From Rhynchobatus australiae (taxonomy: Eukaryota), in assembly GCA_034780895.1 (NCBI GenBank), contig JAUZTB010000087.1, forward strand, positions 64,075,261 through 64,139,260: a stretch of DNA of 64,000 nt. The letters run 5' to 3'. The position numbers were made by a program, and so were the translations under genes. Each line of letters opens with the position of its first letter. Position 1 is the first letter of the stretch. Positions 1 to 11,099 of the stretch are shown piece by piece. A model generated the notes under the pieces. It searched no databases and was not told where the DNA came from. It saw nothing but the letters and a program-made list of their open reading frames with translations.

Positions 1-555
1 TCTCCCCTCCCACACTATCACAGATATGTCAGTCCTTGGCCTCCTCCATTGCCGGGAGAATTCCAAGCGTATGCTGGAGGAACAGCAACTCTTTTCCAAT
101 CTTGGAACCTTGCAGCCTAACTGCATGAACATTGAATTCTCTTGCTTTAAGTAATCTCCACCCACTCACCCCCACCAACCATGCCTCTTCTTTTCCCTTT
201 CCCAACCTCTTTTTTTTCTCTACCCCTCTTTTTTTCTCCTTGCCTTTGACCCATCTCCTGGTGGATCTGTGCTCCCATCTTCCCCCACACCTGCCTATCG
301 CTAATTCTTACCTGCATCTACCTATCACCACCTTGTGCCCACCCCACTCCCCTCTTTTGTCCATCTATCACTGCTCTGCTTTTCTCTCTTATATATTAAG
401 CTTCCCCTTTTCCTATCTTCAGTCTTGAAGAAGGGTCTTGACCCAAAAAATTGACTGCCTGCTTTTCTCTACGGATGCTGCTTGGCCTACTGAGTTCCTC
501 CAGCATCATAAATGTTTTTAATCTAGACTACAGCATCTGCAGTCATTTGTTTCTC
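1..555 (+). mobile_element. Penelope-like element 3' end (GIY-YIG C-terminus, pyrimidine tract, pLTR with hammerhead remnant)
   Basis: Translates to 'LEEQQLFSNLGTLQPNCMNIEFS', the typical PLE GIY-YIG end. Terminal 'cagtc ttgaaga agggtcttgaccc...gactg...gatgctgcttggcctactgagttcctccagca'. Confidence 0.8.
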
Positions 556-559
556 TATA

Positions 560-1116
560 TATATTGATGACTTGTACGTAAATGTAGGAGGTATGATTAG
601 TAAGTTTGTGGATGATGTGAAAGTTGGTATTGTTGTGGATAGTGAGGAACGCTGTGTAAGGCCACAAGTAGATCAGATGTAAAGTTGAGCGGAGCATTGG
701 CAGATGGAATTTAATCCCAACAAGTGTGAGGTGATACATTTTGGGAAGTCAAATAGGTTAGAACATGTACAGTAAATGGTAAGGCACGAGGGAATGTGAT
801 GAACAGAGGCACCTTTGGGTTCAAGTCCATAGTTCCCTGAAATTGGCAAAAGGGTTCAATAGGGTGGCGAAGAAGGCATATGACATGCTTGCCTTCATAG
901 GTCAGGGCCTAGAATATAAAGGTTGGAAGGTTATGTTGCAACCAGACAAAATGCTGGTTAGGCCACACTTGGAGTATCGTGTGCAGTTCTGGTTGCCACA
1001 TTATAGAAAGGATATGATTGCATTGGAGAAAGACTGCAGAGGAGATTTACCAGGATTTGTCTGGATTGGAAGTCTTTAATAATGGGGAGAGATTGGACAG
1101 GATGCATTTGTTTTCA
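560..1116 (+). mobile_element. CR1/HER1-type LINE ORF2 3' fragment
   Basis: 'LVRPHLEYRVQFWLPHYRKD' motif and degenerate SKF(A)DD region; frameshifted. Confidence 0.9.
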
Positions 1117-1839
1117 NNNNNNNNNNNNNNNNNNNNNNNNNNNNNNNNNNNNNNNNNNNNNNNNNNNNNNNNNNNNNNNNNNNNNNNNNNNNNNNNNNNN
1201 NNNNNNNNNNNNNNNNNNNNNNNNNNNNNNNNNNNNNNNNNNNNNNNNNNNNNNNNNNNNNNNNNNNNNNNNNNNNNNNNNNNNNNNNNNNNNNNNNNNN
1301 NNNNNNNNNNNNNNNNNNNNNNNNNNNNNNNNNNNNNNNNNNNNNNNNNNNNNNNNNNNNNNNNNNNNNNNNNNNNNNNNNNNNNNNNNNNNNNNNNNNN
1401 NNNNNNNNNNNNNNNNNNNNNNNNNNNNNNNNNNNNNNNNNNNNNNNNNNNNNNNNNNNNNNNNNNNNNNNNNNNNNNNNNNNNNNNNNNNNNNNNNNNN
1501 NNNNNNNNNNNNNNNNNNNNNNNNNNNNNNNNNNNNNNNNNNNGGGGGGGGGGGGCAGTGCGGTTTGTGTTCCTAGAAAATGGTCCGTATTGCGATTTTT
1601 TTTTTCTTTTCTTAAACATGATGCTGCCTCATCTGTGCATGTGTCAAGAAACGAGTTGAAAAACAAAATGTTTATTTATTTACTTTTATTTCCATAAAAT
1701 TTGCTCTCACCAAATTGTTATTCTATATCTCAAATATTTGGGTAGTCATTTGTGAACTCTTAAGTTGAATTTCCATTACGCAAACAACTGTAATGTGGAG
1801 GTCACCTGTGATAACTTTAAATTTTAGACTCCTGGAAAG

Positions 1840-2400
1840 AAATCTGGGTGCTTGTTGATGTTTTGATTTTGTTGCTGATTGAAAGTAAACTGATAGGAGT
1901 TAACTGGATCGGATTTGTCCTACTTTTGTGAGGTGGACACACTGGGCAATTTTCCACGTTTGTTGTGTAGATGTCAATGTTGTAACTGTACAAGAACAAT
2001 TTGAGTGGAGCCACAGTGAGTCTGAAACCAGTCAGTACAAGAGCCAAATGCTGTCTGGTCCCATAGCCATAGCCGGTGTTCTCAGCCGATTCACTTGGAT
2101 GTACCTGAAGTGAATCGAATCAGCTGACAACTGGCTTCTGTGATGTTGGGGATCTCAGGAGGAAACTGAGATGGATTGGCCACTCAGCACTTCTGGATGA
2201 ACGTGGCTGCAAATATTTCAGCCTTGTCTTTCACATTCATACTGGGCCCCTTCGTTGTTGAGTAGTTGTTATGTTCTTGGAGCATCCTCCTCTCTTTAGA
2301 TATTTAAGAGTCTATTGCCATTCATGACTAGAGGTAGTAGAACCATAATACTTTAAACTGATCCCCTGGCTGTTAACTCTGCAGCTTGCTGTTTTTTTGG
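1840..2400 (-). mobile_element. Degenerate non-LTR retrotransposon RT fragment (CR1/L2 group)
   Basis: Minus strand gives 'AMGPDSI...APLKLFLYSYN...PISLLS', the start of an RT domain; decayed. Confidence 0.7.
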
Positions 2401-2955
2401 CACTGTAGCAGATTATGATATTACTTGATCTGTAATTCATTCCTTTTCTTAATTTCTCATACCTATCTTTCTAATTATCCCTATCATTCTCTCTTCTTGC
2501 ACTTCTTTAATTGCTCATTTTNNNNNAACGCAGCCCTGCCCCTCTTGATTACTGCAATGCTACCATTGCAATGATAGTATTTGCCCTTTAACCATGAGCT
2601 TCCTGGAGAATGCGTGCAGAGGGGTTCTACAGTCAAAATCCCATAGCTCTTTACCTAGGCACTTCCCCACCTTAGTTTTGAGGAACCTTTCCCACAGTAA
2701 CCCACTCTATTTGCATTTTTCATCTAAATTATGCATTGTTAACCTAGCCATTTGTATTTATAGTACAAATCTTAACACCAGGTCACGCTGCAGTCACCAA
2801 TTACTGTAATGGGTGTTGGTATTACTTTATCCATAATTAAGTCAGGGTTCAGTGTCTCATCAATTTACTCACTTTTATTAATCTTGTATCTTATAGTCAC
2901 TTTCGAGGTTTTGAAAATGTATCACCCAGTCTTGGATGGTCCAATACAGGTGTTT

Positions 2956-3345
2956 CAGGAGTGAAGTTCTCTTTCCCATTCATTTTTAATTTTATCAAGT
3001 ATCTCTGGATGTATTTTCATAATTAGATCATAAATTATTGCTATCAAGCTCTTCTGATAGAGATTAAAACCTAAAATTTTTTCCATAATTTCAATTTTGT
3101 ATGGAGTTGGAAAAGAAGGCATAGTAACTTCTAAAAAAATTTCTAATCTGTAAGTATCAAAAAAGGTGTGATCTAGGCAAATTGTATTTATTAGACAAAT
3201 GTTCAAATGATAAAAAACAGTTAGCAGTGAATAAATCACAGAGACTTGTTATTCCCTTCATTTTCCATAAAGAAAAAGCTGAGTCGTTCTATGTGGCAGG
3301 ATTTTAGAAGATTGTTTTAATAGACTCTGATAACTGAAATCTTTG
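2956..3345 (-). mobile_element. L1/Tx1-clade LINE ORF2 fragment
   Basis: 'KSLIAIIYDLIMKI...DKIKNEWEREL' resembles the region before the L1 C-terminal zinc knuckle. Confidence 0.65.
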
Positions 3346-3347
3346 AA

Positions 3348-4450
3348 TGACGTTCAACACAATCATCCCATCCAAACTCCTCATCAAGCTTCAAGACCTT
3401 GACCTCTGTATCTCCCTCTGCAACTGGATGCTTGACTTCCTCATTGGCAGACCTCAATCAGTGAGGATTAGTAATCATCAACATGTTGGCTGATCATCAA
3501 CGCAGGTGCACGTCAAGGCTGCGTGCTTAGTCCCCTGCTCTATTGTGTGGCTAAGCACAGCCCCAATGCCATCATCTTCAAATTCGCTGATGAAACTACT
3601 GTTGTTGGACGGATCACAGGTGCCGATGAGTCGGCTTCCCAGGGCAAGATTGGACACTTGGTTGAGTGATGCCACAACAACAACCTAAAGAGCTAATTGT
3701 TGACTTCAGGAAGGGGAAAACCACATGGGGGGATTGGCAGTGGAGAGAGTCAGCAGCTTTAAATTCCTGGGTATTAATATATCGGATGACCTGTCCTGGG
3801 CCCAGCACATAGGTGCAATCATAAGGAAAGCATGCCAGCATCTTTACTTTCATGGAGGTTGAGGAGTTTGGGCTTGTCACTGAACACTCTAATAAATTTT
3901 TATAGATGTACTGTTGAAAGTATCCTGACTGATTGCATCATGGTCTGGTACAGCAATTCGAATGTGCAGAAATGTAAGAAGCTGTGGAGAGTAGTTGACT
4001 CTGCCCAATACATCACGGGCACATCCCTCCCCACTACTGGTAATATCTACAGGAGGTGCTGCGTCAAGAAGGCAACATTCATCATGAAAGATACCCACCA
4101 ACCAGGCCATGCCATCTTTTCACAACTACCACCAGGTAGGAGGTACAGAAGCCTGAAGACCCACACCACCGGGTTCAAGAACGGCTACTTCCCTTCAACT
4201 ATTCAGTTTTGAACCAACTAGCAAAACCCTAATCACTACAGTTTAGCAACACTATGACCACTTTGCACTAAAATGGACTTCATATTTTGTTCTAATTGTG
4301 TTCTTTCTTGTAAACAAAAATGTGTATAATTTATGTTTTACTTGTGAATGCTGCTTATATGATGCTATGTGCCTGTGATGTTGCTGCAAGTAATTTTTTC
4401 ATTGTACCCATGCATACATGTAAATGCACATAGACAATAAACTCTACTTA
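3348..4450 (+). mobile_element. Rex1/Babar-type LINE 3' half
   Basis: '[13 protein letters not shown]', 'IFKFADETTVVG', 'NFYRCTVESILTDCIMVWY', 'LPPGRRYRSLKTHTT' motifs; ends at gacaataaa. Confidence 0.85.
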
Positions 4451-4598
4451 ACTCGTCATTTGGAGTGGCAATGTCCTAGTGCTAGTTTTTGAGATGGATA
4501 AACAAATGATACATTCATCGTAAGTTTCTGTTACAGGAATCTCATTTAAAATCTTGATTTGTCGTGTGTATAAGACTTCTGTTTTTATCTTTTCCCAG

Positions 4599-4653
4599 TG
4601 GCAGAAAAATCCAGCTAACAGTATTTTAGCATCAGGTGTCCAAGCTGTTCACA
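4599..4653 (+). CDS. Candidate internal exon of the + strand gene (WQKNPANSILASGVQAVH)
   Basis: Strong acceptor gtttttatcttttcccag and donor ACA|GTAAGT. 55 nt, ending in phase 1, which fits the downstream exons. Confidence 0.5.
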
Positions 4654-5309
4654 GTAAGTACCTATTCATTGATATGACTCAGCCTGTACACACTGGATAG
4701 AGTAGAATATTATGATTTATGGATCTTGCATAACTTAGCTGTTTGTTTTCAAAATAANNNNNNNNNNNNNNNNNNNNNNNNNNNNNNNNNNNNNNNNNNN
4801 NNNNNNNNGGAGAGTTGTGTTGAGCCAACTTCAATACACTATCTTCCCTGCCACAGAATACCTACCAAGTTTTTAAAAAATCTCTCTGGGCAAGAGTTTC
4901 AGATTTCCTGCCTATTCTTTAATTTATAAATATGGTCAGACCTGAGATGGAGAGAGAGAGCTAGCTGTTGGTCTGAGTTAGAAAACTACATGCATAGTTG
5001 AAGGTTGATTACACCTATTGAGATTCTGCAAAGGGTTCCTTTCTGAGGAGTGTATGTTGGCACATTAAGCCTACTTTTACTCAAAATGTGTAATGCATTT
5101 ACAAGTCCTGCAGAATTTTTAAAATATTGGTTGCCCCGTTTGTCCCATCTTGTTCTTGATTTTGTAATGGTTTTGTAAAGGGAATAGTTTGCTTTTAAAT
5201 AACCTAATGAACTTCTTTAACATAGAAAGCTGAGGTATAGTGTGTTTCATAAGCACACGGGAAATTGCTTTGCTAGTTATTATTAGTTACAAGTATCCCT
5301 TTTGAACAG

Positions 5310-5372
5310 GATGTGCTGCCTGTAGGAAGCTTCAGGCTCCAAGACAGATGCTTATCTGCCCCTGTACATGGG
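5310..5372 (+). CDS. Candidate internal exon of the same + strand gene (xCAACRKLQAPRQMLICPCTWG)
   Basis: Acceptor cccttttgaacag, donor TGG G|GTAATT. 63 nt, phase 1 to 1, open and in frame with both neighbouring exons. Confidence 0.5.
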
Positions 5373-5441
5373 GTAATTCTGCGGACCTATACCTGGTTGT
5401 TTCCATCATCCTGAGTGCATCTTCCTATGTTCTCTCAACAG

Positions 5442-6289
5442 GGAAACGAGGACCAGCAAAGCCATCCATTCTCGAGAGCAGCATTGCCCCAAGAATAGCA
5501 AACACATGCACAATGAGCTCTAGCTCTGAATCAGAGCTACATTGCGAGTCATCAGTACAGGGAAAATCCTATCCAAGTATAGAAGATCCCCAGTCTCCCT
5601 TGTCCAAAGGTGATTTGAAGAGGCCACTGGTAGCTCCTCGGCCAGAGCCCCAAATGGAAGAATTATTAAACCTGGAGCTTAGTGAGCCCGCTTTTAAACG
5701 GAGATTGGTGGAACATCAGTGTTACCTGCAGAGTCTCGTGACCTCATTGGCTACTGTAATGAATGATGTGGTATGTGGGATGGAGAAGATCATGTCAAGT
5801 CTGAATACCTCCATGTCTGATGTCCACAGTGTACTGGATCATCATTTGAGTGCATTGCAGTCCAGCAGAGAGTCCGTGTCATCTCAGACAGTTTTGGTGG
5901 AAAGCTCTTTTACACAGGGACTGAGCTGCATTGGAGCAGCACTTCAGACTGCCCTCAGTGCTGCTATATCTGACATGGGTTCTAAAGTGCAAGAAAGCTT
6001 GCAGATGGGATTTGAAAGCCTTGGAGAAAAAGTACAGTCAGCCATAAGGACGGGGTTTGCTGATCTGGTAAAAGAACATGCCTCTACTCACCAAAGCCTA
6101 TACAGCAGACAGGGTGGCGCAATCTCATCCACCAATAGCTCTTCACGTGAGGAGGCAATTCATAACAGTGGCCTGTCCCTTCCATCATCCCAACCCAGTC
6201 AGCTTTTGCCTGGTTCCTTGCTGGAAAGCAGAGGTCCCTCTGTGGTGATTCATGCACCTGGAAACATGAATCTAAGGAGCTTGCAGTAA
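5442..6289 (+). CDS. Terminal coding exon of an unidentified gene; Ser-rich linker plus long amphipathic/coiled-coil region
   Basis: Part of the 313-codon ORF 5348-6289, by far the longest gap-free ORF in the window. Good acceptor cttcctatgttctctcaacag at 5441 (phase 1), TAA at 6287-6289, AATAAA at 6356-6361. Confidence 0.75.
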
Positions 6290-6355
6290 GGAGGGAAATA
6301 AGGACTTCCTTGTAACTGAGGAATAACTAGGATAATTGAGAAAGCTATTGAATTA

Positions 6356-6361
6356 AATAAA
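6356..6361 (+). promoter_or_regulatory. Candidate polyadenylation signal AATAAA of the + strand gene
   Basis: Canonical hexamer about 66 nt after the stop codon. Confidence 0.4.
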
Positions 6362-6595
6362 ATGGACACAAGGCATCTGAAATGTAATTCTGCTGAAGAA
6401 AGTGATTGAAATGGTCCTCTCAACCATACTGTTGTGTGGCATGAATCACATACCAATTATGTAGGATGTGTACTATTTAAATCATTGACTAACCTAATAC
6501 AGCATTTATTAATGGTTCCTTTTATATTACAGTAGCTTTCACAGAAGATTCTAGAGTGACCTACTTGCTGCTTCATCTCCAACCCCTATCAAAAA

Positions 6596-6785
6596 ACAAA
6601 CTGCTGTTAGAGCTCGGATGGTCAGGCAGCATCTGTGGAGGTAGAAGGATGTTGATATTTTGGGTTGAGACTCCAGTTCTGATGCCTACGTCCTTTGGCT
6701 CCACAGATGCTGTCTGACCTGCTGAGTTCCTACAGCAGTTTTTTTTTGCTCTAGATTACAGCATCTGTAATCACTTGTGTCTACA
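6596..6785. repeat. Inverted pair of Penelope-type terminal repeats (hairpin)
   Basis: 'aaactgctg..ggtcaggcagcatctgtggag' is followed by its reverse complement 'ctccacagatgctgtctgacc..cagcagttt'. Confidence 0.75.
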
Positions 6786-7289
6786 ACCCTCATCAGTTCT
6801 CTTGTAGCTGCAGGACTCAGTATGTCCTTTCTCCACACACTTTCACAATTTGCCAGTCTACTTAGCACATTCAGACTTTGCATTTACTCTGTCCCTCAGT
6901 ACAATTCTTCACAATGATCATATCTAACCACAAGATACAGGTGCTTGCTCCAATGCTTTGGGGTTGGCTTTTTCACCTATACAGAACTTCCAAATGTCAA
7001 TGTATCCTGGTAAATCTATGTTGAGTTCAAGAAAAAAATTGCATTTCTATGTTTTTATTCAATTAAGGAACAGCAGCTGAATTGACACTTGTGGCTTTTC
7101 CTACTCTAACCAATTTTAATTATGGCTAAAAAAAACCTTCTTCTCTGGAGTCCCTACTATGTTGTCCCCATGCTTCCCATGGAATGCTATGGAACTAATG
7201 TGGGTAAATGGGTTTAGTGTAGATGAGTATGACAGTTGTTGCAGACAGATATATGCCCTTCAGTCCATCCTGCTTTATGACTCCATGAC

Positions 7290-8070
7290 TCTTAAACAAT
7301 TGAGTACACTTGTTGAACGGACTGGGCCTCTCTTGAGGAAAGAAGACTGAAAGGTGATCTAATAGGTTTTGACAGAATGCTTCTGTATGTGGGGAAGAAT
7401 GTAACAGAGGCCATAGTTATTAGATGGCCACCCAAAATTCCAGTGGGGAATTCAGAAGAAACTTCATTACCCAAATGCAGAGAATAGTTGAGGTGAATAG
7501 TATTGATGCATTTAAGAGGGGCCTGGACATGCACATGATGAGAAAGGAGAAGGCAGATGCACTAATAGGTATAGATGAGGAAAGCTGGGTAGAATTTCAA
7601 GTGGAGCATAAATGCCAGCATGTTCTGGTTGGATTGAATGGCCTGTTTCTGTTGCATACGTACTCTTATTTTTTTAAAAAATTCTTGCGATACTGCATTG
7701 TATCACTACTTTATGTTAGACTTATTTTTTTAGCAAGTGGTGATCCAATTAAATGGTACTTACATTTGTAAATGAGCTAGAAAATATCTCCTCCAGGCAT
7801 GGGAGTCTAGAATAACAAAAAAATTAAAGCTCTTCTTCACACATGTGAAATTGTGGAACTATGCTATGTTTTCAAAAGTTGCCTTGTTTCTCTCAAAAGC
7901 TGAGCTTATAAATTGAAAATTTATAAATTGAAATTGATTTTTATTATGCTAAAGGAATTGAAGAATATAGAACCAAGGATTTAGATGGAATTGAGGTACA
8001 GATTAGCCATGATCTAAATGCGTGGCTGAATGGGATTCAGAGCTGAATAGCTCATACTTGTTCTGTGACT
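7290..8070 (+). mobile_element. Two degenerate CR1-type LINE 3' ends
   Basis: 'RRNFITQ', 'NSIDAFKRGLD' and CR1 tail 'gaatggcctgtttctg'. Confidence 0.65.
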
Positions 8071-9539
8071 CTAAGGTTATTGGCAGTTTCACTGCATATT
8101 GATTCCTATCAAAACATGAAGCATTTCACAACAGACCTTTTCCATAATCAAAATCCAAAGTAGCTATATTGCTGGAAATCATCAAATTGGTGTTTTTTGT
8201 AGAACTGTGGTTTATCTTTGTTACAACTTCTGAATCTGTGCAATGTTTCTTAAAGAATGCTACTTTCACCATAAGAAAAATATAAATTGGGTTGTGTTTT
8301 CAAGATCTCTTTTAATTTCCTTGCTGTGCTCTGTAGCACAGTCTCCTTAAGCATGCTTTGTGCTTTACTAAAGTTTCTTTTGTGGGTTATGATAAAAGAC
8401 ATCAAAGTGTGCGCTTTCTATAATACTAATTAGTCTTGCATGATTTTGCACAATGGGGGAAGAGGAGTCAACACTTGAAGAGTTGTAAAAGTTCCAAAGA
8501 ATGTGATGATATATCTTAAAATAACAGATGCTATTATTAAAACTTTGAAAATAAAATAGAGTTTAAATTAAAACACCTTCACAGTGTTTGATTGTGCATG
8601 TTGGAATACTTGCACTCACACAAAATAACAAGACAAAGTAAATTCAGTGGTTCATTGATGACAAAGGACAAAGAACAGTTGCATAGCTAAATAGGCATTA
8701 CTAATTAATAGTTAAAATGCACAGGATATTCATTAAACATCAGTAGTGAAATCCATTGAATTGAAAGAGGAAGTCACAAGCAATGTAAGAGCTTAAGAGA
8801 TGGAACAACAAACTATTATCAGGAAATATTTCTGGTAAGTTTCTGATGAAGTTGGAATTAGAAGTAATATATTTAACCAAACTATTTGGATTTAACAGCA
8901 ATGGCCAATTCATCTACAGAAAATGCCTACCTAAAATTCACTGTCCAGCTTCATATATTGCATGTGAATTTGATCTGTTAATTCAGGTTAAAAATAACAG
9001 CCAATTTGTGAATAGACCTTTGTGTAGGGAAACCCTCCAGAAATCTGAGCCAACTATGTTTTACTCTTCAGCCCTGAGTGTAGAAAAAAAATGCACAGTT
9101 AAGACCAACAAGGCAGAATGTCCATTTGGGGACTGTAGGTAAAATGGCTAAAAATCTATGGAATGTCTTGAGAGACGAAATGCACAGTGTTAAAAAATAT
9201 TTTTCTTGTCAATTAAACATTGAATGCTGTATTATTTAAAAGACTAATGTCAAAATTTTCTAGTTCTCAGACAAGCCATTAGAGGGAGCTCTACAGCAGC
9301 AATGTTCCATTGCAAGTACAGAAAAGCATTGAATCTTGTGAACAGGAAATAGAACAACATGTGCAAATAAGGTATGCACACTTCATGTTTGAGGTGGTTA
9401 CCTTTTGTGATTGTTTAAGTATTTTGTTTATTCTTATTNNNNNNNNNNNNNNNNNNNNNNNNNNNNNNNNNNNNNNNNNNNNNNNNNNNNNNNNNNNNNN
9501 NNNNNNNNNNNNNNNNNNNNNNNNNNNNNNNNNNNNNNC

Positions 9540-10225
9540 TTATTTGAAATGTGGCCAGTGCAAACCCAACATTTATTGCCCATCCTTAAATGCCTTTGAG
9601 AACCCTTGATTCACTGCAGGTCCTGTTCTGTATTATCATGGGATATAGTTCTGCTTCTGTTGGTAACCTATAACACTGCATGGTACCTTGGTTTGGGCTG
9701 CTATGTTGGTTCTGAATCTATCCCATTTAATATAATTGGTAGTGCTGCACAATGTGGTGGAGGGTGCCCTCACTGTGATGAGACGCTTTCCATAAGAGCA
9801 GTGTGATCATCCTAGCGATATTAACATGGACAGATGGATCAACAAATAAATTGGTACAGATGAGGTCAAATGGGGTTTTCCTTTGTATCAATTCCCTCAT
9901 CACCTGCCATAGGTGCAGTCCTTTGGAATTTGGCCATCAACAGTCAGATGCGGTGCCTCAAGTGAAGATGCATTCATCCATACAGAATACATTCAGTGCC
10001 CACGCTGCTCCCAATGTTTAGTCCAATGGTGTTTAATCTAGTGTACTAATTCATTCCTTATGAGGATGATAATGAGGATGGCAAACAGTAGGAAGTTTAC
10101 TTGCCCATTGGGCTTGGATTTGATGCTGAGGCCTTCCAATGCTACACCTTTCAGACTGTATGCAACCACCACCTCTGGTTGGTGTGACCTGGCATTGAAT
10201 TCTGCCTCTGGACTGGATGGTTGCA
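9540..10225 (-). mobile_element. Old LINE fragment (endonuclease/5' region)
   Basis: Similar in sequence character to fragments at 36340-37560 and 43870-44420; no intact ORF. Confidence 0.45.
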
Positions 10226-10229
10226 AATA

Positions 10230-10990
10230 TGACCCCACTCCAGTAATTTTAAAAAAAGGGAGAGGGAAAATGAACTACAAATTGGTTAGTCTCATATGTA
10301 GTAGGGAAAATGCTGGAATCTATAATGAAAATGTAATAAAAAGGATTAAGAAAAGGATTGAGAAGAGTTGGCATGGATTTATAAAAGGAAACTTGTAGGA
10401 CCAGCAAAGAGTTCAAAACACAAAGTTCAATGCAGATTAATATATTTTGGTAGGTAGAATAGGGAAATTGCATATCATTTGGCTGGTGTGTCTAGATAGA
10501 ATAAAGTTTTATATTTAGAGGAATAGAACTGAAAAGTAGCAAAGTTATTGCTAAGTCTGTACGAACCTTAGACAGACAACACTACTTGTTTAGAATACCA
10601 TGTACTATTCTGGTTTGTTGTATTACAAAAATGATTATAGAGGTACTGATGAGAGTGCAGGGAAGATTTAGAATGATATCATCAAATGCAGGGGTATTTG
10701 TTCCAGGAAAGGATGAATAGACTGGGTCTTTTTTCTCTTGAGGGTCTTTAAAATTATGAAACATTTTGATTGAGTGAATATAGAAAGAATATTTCCACCT
10801 GTGGGAGGAGCTAAAAAAAAAGTCCATCAATACAGGGTAGTTACCAAGAAATCCAATGGGGAATTTGGAAGAAAACTTTACCCAAAAAATGGGGTGAATA
10901 TGGTTGAAGAGAACAGTATAGTTGCACTTAAAAGGGAGAAGAGAGTTCCAGGGTTGTACTGATAGATTTAGATATGGAAAGATAGGATAC
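10230..10990 (+). mobile_element. Degenerate CR1-type LINE
   Basis: 'NYKLVSL', 'HGFIKG' and CR1 3' motifs, with internal deletions. Confidence 0.7.
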
Positions 10991-11099
10991 AACCCAAGAA
11001 ACAGGTGGTGGAAGTAGATGAAGTTAATAAAAGCTTAAGTGATACCTAAAATTTAAAGACAACATTAACACTGTGTACAGTACTACACACACTTATATG

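Noticed and set aside
1018-1666. Long ORFs spanning N runs (also 13421-14051, 51293-51777, 58059-58381, 60665-61331 and others)
   Set aside because: They are open only because N gaps contain no stop codons.
4480-4525. Strong donor ATC|GTAAGT at 4519/4520 as a further exon of the + gene
   Set aside because: The frame required to join the 4599 exon has a TAA seven codons upstream, and there is no convincing acceptor.
5348-5441. ATG at 5348 as the start of a single-exon 313-aa gene with a signal or TM segment
   Set aside because: The reading frame continues upstream of this ATG to the 5310 acceptor, and the hydrophobic stretch coincides with a GT..polypyrimidine-AG intron. A multi-exon model fits better.
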